From a virus (Duplodnaviria; Caudoviricetes): 53,315 nt of DNA. Within the stretch, counting starts at the first letter, position 1. Every line of letters starts with the position of its first letter. The stretch lies in the IMG/VR virus record IMGVR_UViG_3300023278_000762, positions 1-53,315 of that record, one strand, 5' to 3'. The notes under the pieces were generated by a model, which worked only from the letters and a program-made list of their open reading frames with translations, had not been told where the DNA came from and did no database searches. Below, piece after piece: positions 39,078 to 48,334 of the stretch. The position numbers and the translations under genes are program-made.

Positions 39078-39347
39078 TTATATTAAGTGATTTAACCAGG
39101 CTATTAACCCATTAATGTTTAATGCTACAAGGTTCCATTGTTTTCTTGAGGCTGTTTGTACTACTACTAATATAAAACCTATAATATATAATTCAGGTTG
39201 TATAGTCCATTGGGCAGCGATTAAAAAACCACTACCCATGTAACCTAGCCTACTCGCTAGTTTTTCTGAAGGCGTTAACTTTCTGGATCTTACCAAAGCT
39301 TTTAGCCATTTCTTTTTAAAACTTTTTAATTTATGAATCATTACCAA
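39078..39347 (-). CDS. Small multi-TM membrane protein
   Basis: Basic N-terminus then about three short hydrophobic helices; between nrdB and nrdA. Confidence 0.65.
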   Translation of the reverse strand: MVMIHKLKSFKKKWLKALVRSRKLTPSEKLASRLGYMGSGFLIAAQWTIQPELYIIGFILVVVQTASRKQWNLVALNINGLIAWLNHLI

Positions 39348-40309
39348 ATGTCTTCGAAGTTCTCCCCTTCACCAGCCTTCGAATAATCTGTCGGCCTAGT
39401 TGCGAAAAAATCAGTATGAGTGACCCCGCCGGTAAGATGATAGAACCAATCAAGATTAGCTGCTGCTTTCTCGTCATACGCGAAATACGAACCAAGGTCA
39501 ACGTAGCCAAGTTCCACAAGTTTTTCATTTGTTCTCTTTTTTATAAAATGCTTAAGATCATTAGCAGATATACCTTCTATATCACCCATTTCAAACATTT
39601 TGTTAATATAATCTATTTCTAACTTAACCATAGTCTCTGCAGCATCGACAACATCTGATCTACAAAGATTTAGTAGTTGGTTGTCTTCAGAGCACATGTC
39701 TCTAAATAATTTACAACCCATCTTACTGTGTAAAGATTCATCTCTAACAGACCATTTCATTTGTTGACCTACGCCTTTAAGAAGATTACGCATCTGAAAA
39801 CTATATAACACAGCAAAAGCAGAGTAAAGAGATACTCCTTCAGCAAAAGCACTAAAAATAGCAAGAGACTTACCGATGCTAGCAGGAGTATTACCTGAGT
39901 ATGCAAGTAGGTTTTCAAATCTTTTAGCCGTTGCAGGCTCGTGTAAAAACGCTTCATAATCTTCTAGTCCTAAAGTTTCGTTTAAATAGCTGTAAGCTAC
40001 AGCATGTATCGTTTCTTGTGATCCAAACATCATAGCCATTTGCTGTATTTCGTGTTTTGGAAACCAACCAACAACCTTTTGTGTCCAGTAATCAGACACA
40101 GCGCATTCTGTTTGTGCAAAACCTAGTAGTATATTACCAACTAAGTTTTTTTCTTTTTTATCTAGCTTCTCGTTCCAGTCTTTAACATCGCTTTGCATTG
40201 ATATCTCAGTGTGAAGCCAGAAAGCTTGAGCTTGTTTTAGCCAACCTTCAGTGTAGTACTCTGGGTACTCAAATGGTTTGTAAGCTATTCTTTTGTCAAA
40301 TAATCCCAT
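39341..40309 (-). CDS. nrdB: Ribonucleotide reductase class I beta subunit
   Basis: QETIHAVAY, AEGVSLYSAF, RDESLH di-metal motifs; DFFATRPTDY. Confidence 0.95.
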   Translation of the reverse strand: MGLFDKRIAYKPFEYPEYYTEGWLKQAQAFWLHTEISMQSDVKDWNEKLDKKEKNLVGNILLGFAQTECAVSDYWTQKVVGWFPKHEIQQMAMMFGSQETIHAVAYSYLNETLGLEDYEAFLHEPATAKRFENLLAYSGNTPASIGKSLAIFSAFAEGVSLYSAFAVLYSFQMRNLLKGVGQQMKWSVRDESLHSKMGCKLFRDMCSEDNQLLNLCRSDVVDAAETMVKLEIDYINKMFEMGDIEGISANDLKHFIKKRTNEKLVELGYVDLGSYFAYDEKAAANLDWFYHLTGGVTHTDFFATRPTDYSKAGEGENFEDIW

Positions 40310-40310
40310 A

Positions 40311-40487
40311 TTAATTTTCTGTGTTTAATGATTTAATAGTCTCTAATGTATTTAGCCAGGCAGACATACTTGCAACTAAGTTTATTTTTGTTGGTGGTTT
40401 CTTTACAGCTGCTTTAAGCTGATAAATAACCTCGTCTAAAAAAAACACAGTAGCTTCTACTCTTTGACTTTCTTCTTCGTTATTCAA
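40311..40487 (-). CDS. Hypothetical protein, 58 aa (TTG start)
   Basis: Hand translation NNEEESQRVEATVFFLDEVIYQL...; fills the gap. Confidence 0.5.
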   Translation of the reverse strand: MNNEEESQRVEATVFFLDEVIYQLKAAVKKPPTKINLVASMSAWLNTLETIKSLNTEN

Positions 40488-40632
40488 TCTTGTAGTATAG
40501 TGTTAAAGCAATGTCTACAAACGGCACGTATAGCACGTAAGTAGTTTGGTTCTCTTCAGGGTAAGTTCTTAATCCAAACAATATTCCAGGATATAATCCT
40601 ATTTCTAATATATACGCTTCAAGTTTTTTCAT
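40480..40632 (-). CDS. Hypothetical protein, 50 aa
   Basis: MKKLEAYILEIGLYPGILFGLRTY...; ATGA coupling to the upstream ORF. Confidence 0.6.
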   Translation of the reverse strand: MKKLEAYILEIGLYPGILFGLRTYPEENQTTYVLYVPFVDIALTLYYKIE

Positions 40633-40799
40633 CCTATAAATATTTTGTATTTGTCTTGTAGTTTAACTATATCTCTATATCTTACCTTACCTCTCATAGC
40701 CCAGCTCCATTTCCAATACTTCTCAATTTGCCTTTCAGCATACTTAAGTCTAGCTATTCTTTTCGATTGGCCAGGATGTGTTGTATCGTTTCGTCGCAT
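40629..40799 (-). CDS. Basic hypothetical protein, 56 aa
   Basis: MRRNDTTHPGQSKRIARLKYAERQ...; stop overlaps the next start. Confidence 0.5.
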   Translation of the reverse strand: MRRNDTTHPGQSKRIARLKYAERQIEKYWKWSWAMRGKVRYRDIVKLQDKYKIFIG

Positions 40800-41203
40800 G
40801 TCTTTTGATTTGATGGTTTATAAATCGCTCTAGGATCTTTATTGTTAGTCAACCAAAGCTTAAACAACTTCCATCTCATAGGGAATGATTCGTTAGCTCT
40901 ACCTTTAGTTTCTATTATGTAATCCCAAGATGAAAAGTCAGGCGTGTACTTGATGCCTAATATCTTTTTATTACCGCGGTTAACATATTCTCCTTTGCCG
41001 TTAGACTGCTTCTCAATAGATGTGTTGGTAAATTGAAACCCATCAACTAATTGAAAAACTTCTCCTTCATATCTGTCAAACAACTTATTCTTTTTAAGTT
41101 GAATGTACATATATTTCTCAAGCCCTGAAGCAAAGTCGATACCATCATATGATACCTTCTTTGCTCTAACTGGACCTTTCTTTTTTGATCTACGCTTAAT
41201 CAT
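40754..41203 (-). CDS. T7 endonuclease I-like PD-(D/E)xK nuclease/resolvase
   Basis: FASGLE, YTPDF, IETKG motifs; start at MIKRRS preferred. Confidence 0.8.
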   Translation of the reverse strand: MIKRRSKKKGPVRAKKVSYDGIDFASGLEKYMYIQLKKNKLFDRYEGEVFQLVDGFQFTNTSIEKQSNGKGEYVNRGNKKILGIKYTPDFSSWDYIIETKGRANESFPMRWKLFKLWLTNNKDPRAIYKPSNQKTCDETIQHILANRKE

Positions 41204-41441
41204 GGAACTCTTGTAGCATTGATTCTTGCTCTTCTTCAGTGTATGCTTCTTTAGCTTTTTGTAAATACAATACAGCATCCATAAGCTCTTCTTGTAAGTG
41301 ATTAAGCCAATCAAACATTGCTGATGGATCTTGATCAAGAGTAACGCCGTACTTCTTAAAGCCTACATCAGATCTTTGTACAAATTTGTTAACAACACGT
41401 TTAACAACCGGGTCTCTAAATTCTATTTCTTGTTTTGTCAT
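41196..41441 (-). CDS. Small all-alpha NTP pyrophosphohydrolase-like protein
   Basis: GFKKYG...HLQEELMDAVLY (EExxD). Confidence 0.5.
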   Translation of the reverse strand: MTKQEIEFRDPVVKRVVNKFVQRSDVGFKKYGVTLDQDPSAMFDWLNHLQEELMDAVLYLQKAKEAYTEEEQESMLQEFHD

Positions 41442-42238
41442 TATAGCGTAGATTTTACATAGTCATTAATTAACTCGTCTGTAGATTTTTCTTTTACAAA
41501 TGTCCCGTTAGTCATTTTACCTTTTCTGTCTTTAATAACACCATAAGCGTCTTCAACACAGTTTTCAATCTTAAGACCTTCTAATACCGCTAAATTAGTA
41601 AGAACAACAACTATGTCGCCAATAGCATCTATAATTTCAGGTTTATCTTTCCTAAGTAAAGCTGAAGCTAATTCACCAGCTTCTTCCATTAACTTAACAT
41701 ATTGCGTGTGTGAGTTGCCTTTGTCATATATACCTTTTTCATCAGCCCATATTCTTATTTTGTCATATATATTAGCTTTGCTTTTCTTTTTCTTTTTTGA
41801 AACGTTATTAGCAAAAGCTTTATTATATATGTAGCATCTATTTGGATTAAACATAGATGTTCTAGCGTTTTTTAATATCCAATCTATATTTTTTTTGGTT
41901 AGGCTAAAATTGCCATGTTCCGTTTCCCAGCTTAAATCTAAATTGTCCATTAGTTGGCCTTTCAGCTTGTTTAATGGACACGGAAATGTACTTGTTTGTT
42001 CAGTAACGTTTATTTTCATTTTATTTGAATTTATTAATTGTTTATAAGTTTGTCTATCAACTTTGTAACCATAAGCTTTTTGTAATGCAATTTCCTGAGC
42101 AGATATAAAATCTACATCTTCACTAGTCATTATAATTTTGTACTCATCAGATGAATAGCCTTGTTGCTTTGTTATGCGTCTTGCTGGGTTTTGTGTTATA
42201 CCTACTTTTTTTCCAGGTATGTGATAAAGATAATACAT
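41441..42238 (-). CDS. MazG-like pyrophosphohydrolase fused to an N-terminal GIY-YIG-like segment
   Basis: KLMEEAGEL...DAIGDIVVVL...IKDRKG; N-terminal YYLYHIPGKKVGIT...RR. Confidence 0.75.
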   Translation of the reverse strand: MYYLYHIPGKKVGITQNPARRITKQQGYSSDEYKIIMTSEDVDFISAQEIALQKAYGYKVDRQTYKQLINSNKMKINVTEQTSTFPCPLNKLKGQLMDNLDLSWETEHGNFSLTKKNIDWILKNARTSMFNPNRCYIYNKAFANNVSKKKKKSKANIYDKIRIWADEKGIYDKGNSHTQYVKLMEEAGELASALLRKDKPEIIDAIGDIVVVLTNLAVLEGLKIENCVEDAYGVIKDRKGKMTNGTFVKEKSTDELINDYVKSTL

Positions 42239-42248
42239 AATTTTTAGT

Positions 42249-43076
42249 TTAGCCAACACTTAACGGAGCAGGAATTGCAGCGTAAGGATTGTAGTTATTA
42301 ATTTTAATTTGATCTTTCTCAGGAATGTAAACATGGTTAAGATTTATAAACATACCCTTGTCTAATTCTAAATCAGGTAACTTTCTGTTTGGACGCTTTA
42401 AATATTCTTTGGTTTGCTCTATATGATTGTTATATATGTGACAGTCACCAAGCTGAGCTGTTAAAGTACCTGGTATTAACCCAGCACCTTTAGCCAGCAT
42501 TTCTAGCATCAACCCATACATTACAATATCGTAAGGTAATCCTAAGAATAAATCAGCAGATCGTTGTTGCCACATTAAATTTAACTTACCATCAGCAATA
42601 TGTACTTGACAAGCATAATGACAAGGAGGCAGCGCCATGTCTTGCATCTCCTGTGGAGCCCATGCGGATATCATAAGGCGTCTTGAAGTTGGATTGTGTT
42701 TAATATCATTAACAAGATTATAAAGCTGATCTACGCCTTCGAAATCGCGCCATTGTTTTCCATACACAGGACCTAAAGTTTCATCAGTTCTACCTGAACG
42801 TTCATAATCAGGTCGCCAGTACTTAACACCGTTGTCTTCTAAATACTTTAGATCGGTTCGTCCTTGTAAAATCCATAGTAGCTCTGTTCTTGCAGCATTG
42901 AAAGATACTCTTTTTGATGTAAGAATTGGAAAGCCATGTGACATTTCATGCTTAAGTGTCCTGCCAAATAACGATCGTGTGCCTGTACCAGTTCTATCTG
43001 CTTTTTCAGAACCCGTGTTGAGAGTTTCTGATAGCAGTTGTTTATACTCGTTTTGTATGTCATTTGTTTTTTTCAT
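42249..43076 (-). CDS. thyA: Thymidylate synthase
   Basis: DRTGTGT, LGPVYGKQWR, ALPPCH, QRSADLFLGLPY, HIYNNH; start at MKKTND preferred. Confidence 0.96.
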   Translation of the reverse strand: MKKTNDIQNEYKQLLSETLNTGSEKADRTGTGTRSLFGRTLKHEMSHGFPILTSKRVSFNAARTELLWILQGRTDLKYLEDNGVKYWRPDYERSGRTDETLGPVYGKQWRDFEGVDQLYNLVNDIKHNPTSRRLMISAWAPQEMQDMALPPCHYACQVHIADGKLNLMWQQRSADLFLGLPYDIVMYGLMLEMLAKGAGLIPGTLTAQLGDCHIYNNHIEQTKEYLKRPNRKLPDLELDKGMFINLNHVYIPEKDQIKINNYNPYAAIPAPLSVG

Positions 43077-43305
43077 AGTAAAATTTTGCGTATTCAAATA
43101 TTTTAGTCCATATTTCAGTCTTGCCAAATGTTTCTGGACTTTGATTAGTTCTACCTTTGTTAGTTATGCTAACATACCAAGCTGTATCGTTTCTAGATAC
43201 TGGACCAATAAGTATGTCGTTTCTACAACACCACCTATAACTTTCCCATAAGTCCTCGTCGAATGGAGGTTTACCCATATTGCATTGCTTTTTCTTTACT
43301 CCCAT
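43060..43305 (-). CDS. Hypothetical protein
   Basis: 81 aa bridging the primase-helicase and thyA genes. Confidence 0.65.
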   Translation of the reverse strand: MGVKKKQCNMGKPPFDEDLWESYRWCCRNDILIGPVSRNDTAWYVSITNKGRTNQSPETFGKTEIWTKIFEYAKFYYEKNK

Positions 43306-45008
43306 GGCATCTTAACTCCGTCTAATGATACTTGCTCGTGAGGAATATATCCTCCTGAGTCAGGATTCCATTTGAAGTGTGCTTCTGCACCATTCTCTCC
43401 AAGATTTTGAAACTTTACTTTTAGAACTTTAACCATAACAGTTTTCTGTTCGTAGTTTCTATGCACTACTAATCCATGATAAGATGCATCATACCATTCA
43501 CCACCACCTTTAATATTGTACATTGTTGGCACTTCTATAACGCCTTTGTCGTTTTTGTACATCTTAGTTGGGTGAGCTACAATAATAACTAGTACATCAT
43601 ACTTCTTAGCAAACACTTCTATTTGCATTAAGTACTCCATAGTATACTTGTTTATATCATTGTCGTTTGCAGTATTCGCTCTTACTTTATTGAATGGATC
43701 AATAACTAAACACTTAATTCCTTTACGCTTTACTAGCTCAGCTCCTTTAGCAAGAACAGATTCTAAGTTATAACGCTCCATATCAACGTGATAGAAGTTG
43801 TCATTAACGTGATCTGCTACTGCATTCCAACGCTCGCCATAAACATCCGCTTTAGTAGGCATACCTCCCCAGACTTTACGCATTAATTTGTGGGCATGCA
43901 AAAAGTTCGGCTTGTTTTCAGGTGACGCAAATGCAGTCTTCCAACCGTAGTTAGCATTGTAACCTACACACATTTGATCAACAAAGTCAGACTTACCCGA
44001 ACTAGGTATGCCTGTCACTGTAATAAACTGTCCAGTATATGTTGAAAATATATCATCAAAGTTATCTAAACCAACTTGAAATCCTGGTTTAAATCCATTG
44101 TTGACAAAATCAATAACTTCAGCTTCGTGATCTTTAAATGTAGTTACATTTTCTAGAGGTACTGGCTTTGCGCCAGTTATTCTAGCTACTAGCTTATCTT
44201 TGCCATGTTTAATTAAGTATTCGTTCGCATCTTTACAATCTTCAAAAGTTGCAGTTAAGCACACTTCGGAACCTAATCTTCTAATTAATTCAGTTTGCAA
44301 CGCTAAACCTGCGTCGTCAGTGTCTGTAGCAATTATTATGTTATCCATGTGCTCGAAATAATCGATACAAGAATCTAAATAGTCAAGGTTGTTGGTTTTT
44401 AATGTAGCTCCGTTAGGAACAGATATTGCATTAGAAATACCTGCTTCATATAAAGCTAACACATCCATTTCACCTTCAACTATAACACAGTAATCGTGTC
44501 CTACAATACTATCTATGTTATAAAATACTTTTTCAGCTCCTTTAAAAAGCTTAAAGTTTTTTCTACCGTCACGATATTTGACATTTAATAGCTCGCCACC
44601 CATAAAGTAATTAAACTTTATAACGTTTTCAGACTTTTGTGTTTGGGGCATCCATTCAGGACCCTCACCGACTTTTAGATCAATGAGAGTCTGTTTGGAA
44701 ATACCTCTAGTTTTAAACCAATCTTCAACAGCAGTACTTGGTTCACGTATAGCATCCGTCTGTGGAGGTTTAACATAAACCTTTTCAGCTTCACCTTTAC
44801 GCTTGTAAGTATGCAATTGAAAACTAGTATCACAATTATGACAAGTACCGAGACCACGTTCCCAATCATAAGAAGCACACTTTGCTTTCTGATTCTTAGG
44901 TTTTCTATCAGGAGAACAAGTTGGGCATATACCCTGCTTCTTGCCTTCTTCAAGTTTGTGTTGATTGAATACATCAATCTCAAATCCATTGATCTCGTTT
45001 GTTTGCAT
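43296..45008 (-). CDS. T7 gp4/Twinkle-like primase-helicase
   Basis: Zn finger CPTC...CHNC, TOPRIM VEGEMD and DTDDAG, Walker A GIPSSGKS, VIDP, VAHPTK. Confidence 0.93.
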   Translation of the reverse strand: MQTNEINGFEIDVFNQHKLEEGKKQGICPTCSPDRKPKNQKAKCASYDWERGLGTCHNCDTSFQLHTYKRKGEAEKVYVKPPQTDAIREPSTAVEDWFKTRGISKQTLIDLKVGEGPEWMPQTQKSENVIKFNYFMGGELLNVKYRDGRKNFKLFKGAEKVFYNIDSIVGHDYCVIVEGEMDVLALYEAGISNAISVPNGATLKTNNLDYLDSCIDYFEHMDNIIIATDTDDAGLALQTELIRRLGSEVCLTATFEDCKDANEYLIKHGKDKLVARITGAKPVPLENVTTFKDHEAEVIDFVNNGFKPGFQVGLDNFDDIFSTYTGQFITVTGIPSSGKSDFVDQMCVGYNANYGWKTAFASPENKPNFLHAHKLMRKVWGGMPTKADVYGERWNAVADHVNDNFYHVDMERYNLESVLAKGAELVKRKGIKCLVIDPFNKVRANTANDNDINKYTMEYLMQIEVFAKKYDVLVIIVAHPTKMYKNDKGVIEVPTMYNIKGGGEWYDASYHGLVVHRNYEQKTVMVKVLKVKFQNLGENGAEAHFKWNPDSGGYIPHEQVSLDGVKMPWE

Positions 45009-45029
45009 TTAATTTAATTTAATTGTTAG

Positions 45030-45119
45030 TTACTCTCCGTCTAAGCACTCGGGACATATGTCGCAATAATCAAAGTCACACTTAGTCATGACTTCTTTGC
45101 ACATCTCACACTGATCCAC
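45030..45119 (-). CDS. 29-aa Cys-rich zinc-binding microprotein
   Basis: GTG start; DQCEMCKEVMTKCDFDYCDICPECLDGE. Confidence 0.55.
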   Translation of the reverse strand: MDQCEMCKEVMTKCDFDYCDICPECLDGE

Positions 45120-45433
45120 TAGAACGGTAGATCATCTGCTTCAGGAACTAAAGACGCTGGTTGCCCGCCTCCTTGTTGATCATCTCTAGGTGCTGTTGCA
45201 ACGTTATCTCCGTTAGTCCATACGACTTTTACATTTCCTAAATAGATTTTAGCTGTCTTAGCTTCTCTCTCTTCTTTAGTTTGTTCAATAACAACTGGAC
45301 CTTGATTTCCATAGTTGTCAACTTCATCGTTGATTGTAATTGTGATTGGTAGATACTTACCTTTCTTACCAACATAGATTTTAGATTTGTCAATCATGTC
45401 TAGGTTGATACTTGCTTTAATAATACTTGCCAT
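45119..45433 (-). CDS. Putative single-stranded DNA-binding protein
   Basis: Beta-rich core and acidic DDLPF tail; in the recombination cluster. Confidence 0.7.
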   Translation of the reverse strand: MASIIKASINLDMIDKSKIYVGKKGKYLPITITINDEVDNYGNQGPVVIEQTKEEREAKTAKIYLGNVKVVWTNGDNVATAPRDDQQGGGQPASLVPEADDLPF

Positions 45434-45446
45434 AATTTAATTGGTT

Positions 45447-46178
45447 TTAAAGGGTTTGGTTAATAAAATAGTTTTCCGGTTTAAATTCCGGATTGTTAAA
45501 AAATAAATCGTAAGTTGCAACCGCTTTCTGCACCTTATCTTCTCCTAAAGCTAAAAACTTTTCAGAGCAATCGTATACACCGATCTGTTGTGTTGACTTA
45601 TCTATGACTATAAAAATCATTTCATAACCAAACAACTTCTGGTATATATAAGCTTGACTGTTGTAATTGTACTTAGAGGCTGAATAACGAAACTTTGAAA
45701 TGTCGGCTGTGGTTTTTAAATCAATAACCAATTTCTCGTCATGATTAATGATATCCGCTTTACCTTTCCAAAGCTTTCCGTGGATTTCAGCAATGCCAGG
45801 AACTTCGTACTCTACATTGTCACCAAGAATCATAGACTTACAGAATTCATTAGACATCATTGTCTCTACTAGTGCATCTGTTTTGTCTGCCTCATGTTGT
45901 AACAAGCATAGTTCTCCGCCTGACATCTCTTTGTACGCTTTTGTGTTTCTGGTTGTTGCTTCCACAATCCTGAAATTCTTAAGTTTGTTAGGCTCAAGAA
46001 TTGCAGTGTGAAAATAACCTCCGATTAAAAAGTTAGGATTAGATCCTTGCTTTTGTCCAAGCGACAAAGGGTTAGATAATAACGTAGAGATATCTGAGTT
46101 ACTAAGGAATTGCTTTCCAAAGTCGCCATAGTAGTGCTCATCTTCTCTAAGTTTGTTTAACTGTTCTTCTCTTGTCAT
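45447..46178 (-). CDS. RecE-like (DUF3799-type) PD-(D/E)xK exonuclease
   Basis: GGYFHTAILEP, KGKADI, IDLKTT, YNSQAYIY. Confidence 0.82.
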   Translation of the reverse strand: MTREEQLNKLREDEHYYGDFGKQFLSNSDISTLLSNPLSLGQKQGSNPNFLIGGYFHTAILEPNKLKNFRIVEATTRNTKAYKEMSGGELCLLQHEADKTDALVETMMSNEFCKSMILGDNVEYEVPGIAEIHGKLWKGKADIINHDEKLVIDLKTTADISKFRYSASKYNYNSQAYIYQKLFGYEMIFIVIDKSTQQIGVYDCSEKFLALGEDKVQKAVATYDLFFNNPEFKPENYFINQTL

Positions 46179-46702
46179 TACAGGGTTTTTAATACATCAG
46201 CAGGTATATCGTATTTAGCTTTGATAGCTTCGATGCTACCTCCCGATTTAATAAAGCTTTTCGCTTTTGTTAATGCTGCTCCTTCTAACTTTGGTTTGGC
46301 AGCTTTACCAGAATGGGTGTTACTCGCGTCACTGTCTTGGGTATCGTCTATTAAGAATAGATTTCCTAAAGCGTACTTTTTACCATAACTTGAAGCACTA
46401 CCGAATTTTTGAGGCATTTGCATACCTTTCTGATTCAGATCAATCCCGACAATAGAAGTAGCACGTATAGCATCTTTGCCATCAGAGACAGTTGCGCACG
46501 ATTCTAAAATAGGAAAATCCTGATTAGATTCAATTAACCGTTCACTAATCGTAACGGACACTCCTAACTCTAATAGATAGGGCTTTGTTGCTTCTAGGAT
46601 GTCTTCGGCTGATCTGAAGTTGTACTTGCCGAATGAGTTAAATCTTGATTTTTTAGATTTAAACTTTGTCTGGATTGTAGCCAGTTTTTCATTTAATTGC
46701 AT
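46178..46702 (-). CDS. ERF-family single-strand annealing protein
   Basis: GKYNFRSAEDIL; GSASSYGKKYALGNLFLIDDTQDSD. Confidence 0.88.
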   Translation of the reverse strand: MQLNEKLATIQTKFKSKKSRFNSFGKYNFRSAEDILEATKPYLLELGVSVTISERLIESNQDFPILESCATVSDGKDAIRATSIVGIDLNQKGMQMPQKFGSASSYGKKYALGNLFLIDDTQDSDASNTHSGKAAKPKLEGAALTKAKSFIKSGGSIEAIKAKYDIPADVLKTL

Positions 46703-46741
46703 ATTGGTTACTTATTTATAATTACATATTTATTGGATAAC

Positions 46742-47494
46742 TTAAAGATAATCAATCACTTGATCTTCACTTACGTTAGCGATAAGATGATCTATAGCTT
46801 CTTTTTTAATCTGAGAAACTATTACAGTTGCAGTAGGAACGTTAATATTCACGTACTCCGCAATTTGTTTAGCTGATTGTTTTTCACAATCTAAACCGTA
46901 AAATAATCTTACAACATCATATTGCTTTTTAGTTAAATACTCCCGCATGATACCTAACAAATAGCTGTTCAATAGATCTATATTATATTCTTTAGAATTG
47001 TCAGGCAACTGGTATGCAAAGTTATCTTCATTCAACGGATTAATGTCGTAACTAGAAAACATACTGTTGAAAAACATTGCTACCATTTTACTATTCTCAG
47101 GATTTTTTCTGATAGTAGTTAGTACATGCTCAGGTATTTTAATGTCTCCGCGGTTAATGTCAATGGCTCTACGTATAGCACCTTTAATTCGCTTACTGAA
47201 GAACGACTTTAAGGTTTTTTCTATATCGTCAGAAGCGTCGAGCTGGTCCCAGTCTAATCTATCTACAGCTTTAACTAAGCCTGAACTACCTTCTTGAATT
47301 AAATCATTAATACTCAACACTCCAGATGCTTGCTGTGAGGTTGAAAACTTTCTAGCTAGACTTTCTACTAATGGTAAAAATTTAACTATAAGTTCGTTTC
47401 TTGAGTAATCTTTGTATTCGCTTTTCATAGGAGGCATAGATTCTTTTAAGTCTTCTTTATATCTTACATAGTTCTGTATGTTATATTTTTTCAT
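46742..47494 (-). CDS. Phage sigma70-family RNA polymerase sigma factor
   Basis: LPLVESLARK, DLIQEGSSGLVKAVDR, RIKGAIRRAI (region 2); LTKKQYDVVRLFYGL plus HTH (region 4). Confidence 0.9.
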   Translation of the reverse strand: MKKYNIQNYVRYKEDLKESMPPMKSEYKDYSRNELIVKFLPLVESLARKFSTSQQASGVLSINDLIQEGSSGLVKAVDRLDWDQLDASDDIEKTLKSFFSKRIKGAIRRAIDINRGDIKIPEHVLTTIRKNPENSKMVAMFFNSMFSSYDINPLNEDNFAYQLPDNSKEYNIDLLNSYLLGIMREYLTKKQYDVVRLFYGLDCEKQSAKQIAEYVNINVPTATVIVSQIKKEAIDHLIANVSEDQVIDYL

Positions 47495-47603
47495 TATCTT
47501 CTATTATTTGAAATGCTCTAGCCATCATATTATCGTTAGGGTAATGTATGTTACCTATAGAAGCCATCCATTCGTTAAACTCTTTTGCATAATTTTTAGT
47601 CAT
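47481..47603 (-). CDS. Hypothetical protein, 40 aa
   Basis: MTKNYAKEFNEWMASIGN...; overlaps both neighbours. Confidence 0.5.
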   Translation of the reverse strand: MTKNYAKEFNEWMASIGNIHYPNDNMMARAFQIIEDNEKI

Positions 47604-48231
47604 ATCTTTTTTTTAATTGCTGGTTAAGTAATTCTTTTTCTTTTTTTAATTCATTACCAATATTACGATGTATTGTTCTAGTAGAACATTCTAGATACTC
47701 AGCTAGTTTGTTAATAGTTATTTTTACGTTGTTATCATTTAACATTATCATTGCTTCGTATATTTCTGAGGATGACAATTTCTTTCTGCCAATCATTTGC
47801 CCTACTATAGATAGCTTTTGTCGCATATCTAAACCGCAATGGTCTTTAAATATAATTTTACGCAGCTTATTCGGCGGAGGTTTATCAAGATCCATAAGGG
47901 ATACATCATATACCATGCTCTGCAATAATTGACCTGAAACTTTAAAAGTAACAAATCCATTTATATTATCGCAAAGCATTCGTGTTAGGTCTGTAAATCC
48001 ATCAGGATCCATTTGAGGATTTAAGTACCACAACGTATATAGATGCCACTTTAAGGACTTGTAGGTATTTATTTTAGCTTTAGATGCAAACAAGTTGTAA
48101 CACTCGTGCGTACCCTCTTCATAATAAACACCCCAGTCGAATGATTTAGTAGGTACATCGCTAATCGGATCACGCCTATATATAACTTTTCGTTTTATAA
48201 GGTAGTTTGTGTTTCTTTCGTTTAGTGACAT
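47596..48231 (-). CDS. DNA-binding protein with a C-terminal HTH (possible replication initiator or regulator)
   Basis: ITINKLAEYLECSTRTIHRN HTH; start codon lies inside the 42-bp dyad. Confidence 0.75.
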   Translation of the reverse strand: MSLNERNTNYLIKRKVIYRRDPISDVPTKSFDWGVYYEEGTHECYNLFASKAKINTYKSLKWHLYTLWYLNPQMDPDGFTDLTRMLCDNINGFVTFKVSGQLLQSMVYDVSLMDLDKPPPNKLRKIIFKDHCGLDMRQKLSIVGQMIGRKKLSSSEIYEAMIMLNDNNVKITINKLAEYLECSTRTIHRNIGNELKKEKELLNQQLKKRYD

Positions 48232-48266
48232 TAGCCTATTACTATTAAATTATACTACCTATTGTC
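48225..48266 (-). repeat. 42-bp dyad element, copy 2
   Basis: GACAATAGGTAGTATAATTTAATAGTAATAGGCTAATGTCAC on -; 35/42 identical to copy 1. Confidence 0.8.
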
Positions 48267-48334
48267 ATGTTTTTGACTTTGGTCGTGTTATTGGTTTTTG
48301 AATTTGTTTTACTCTATTTGTTATACTCCTGTAA

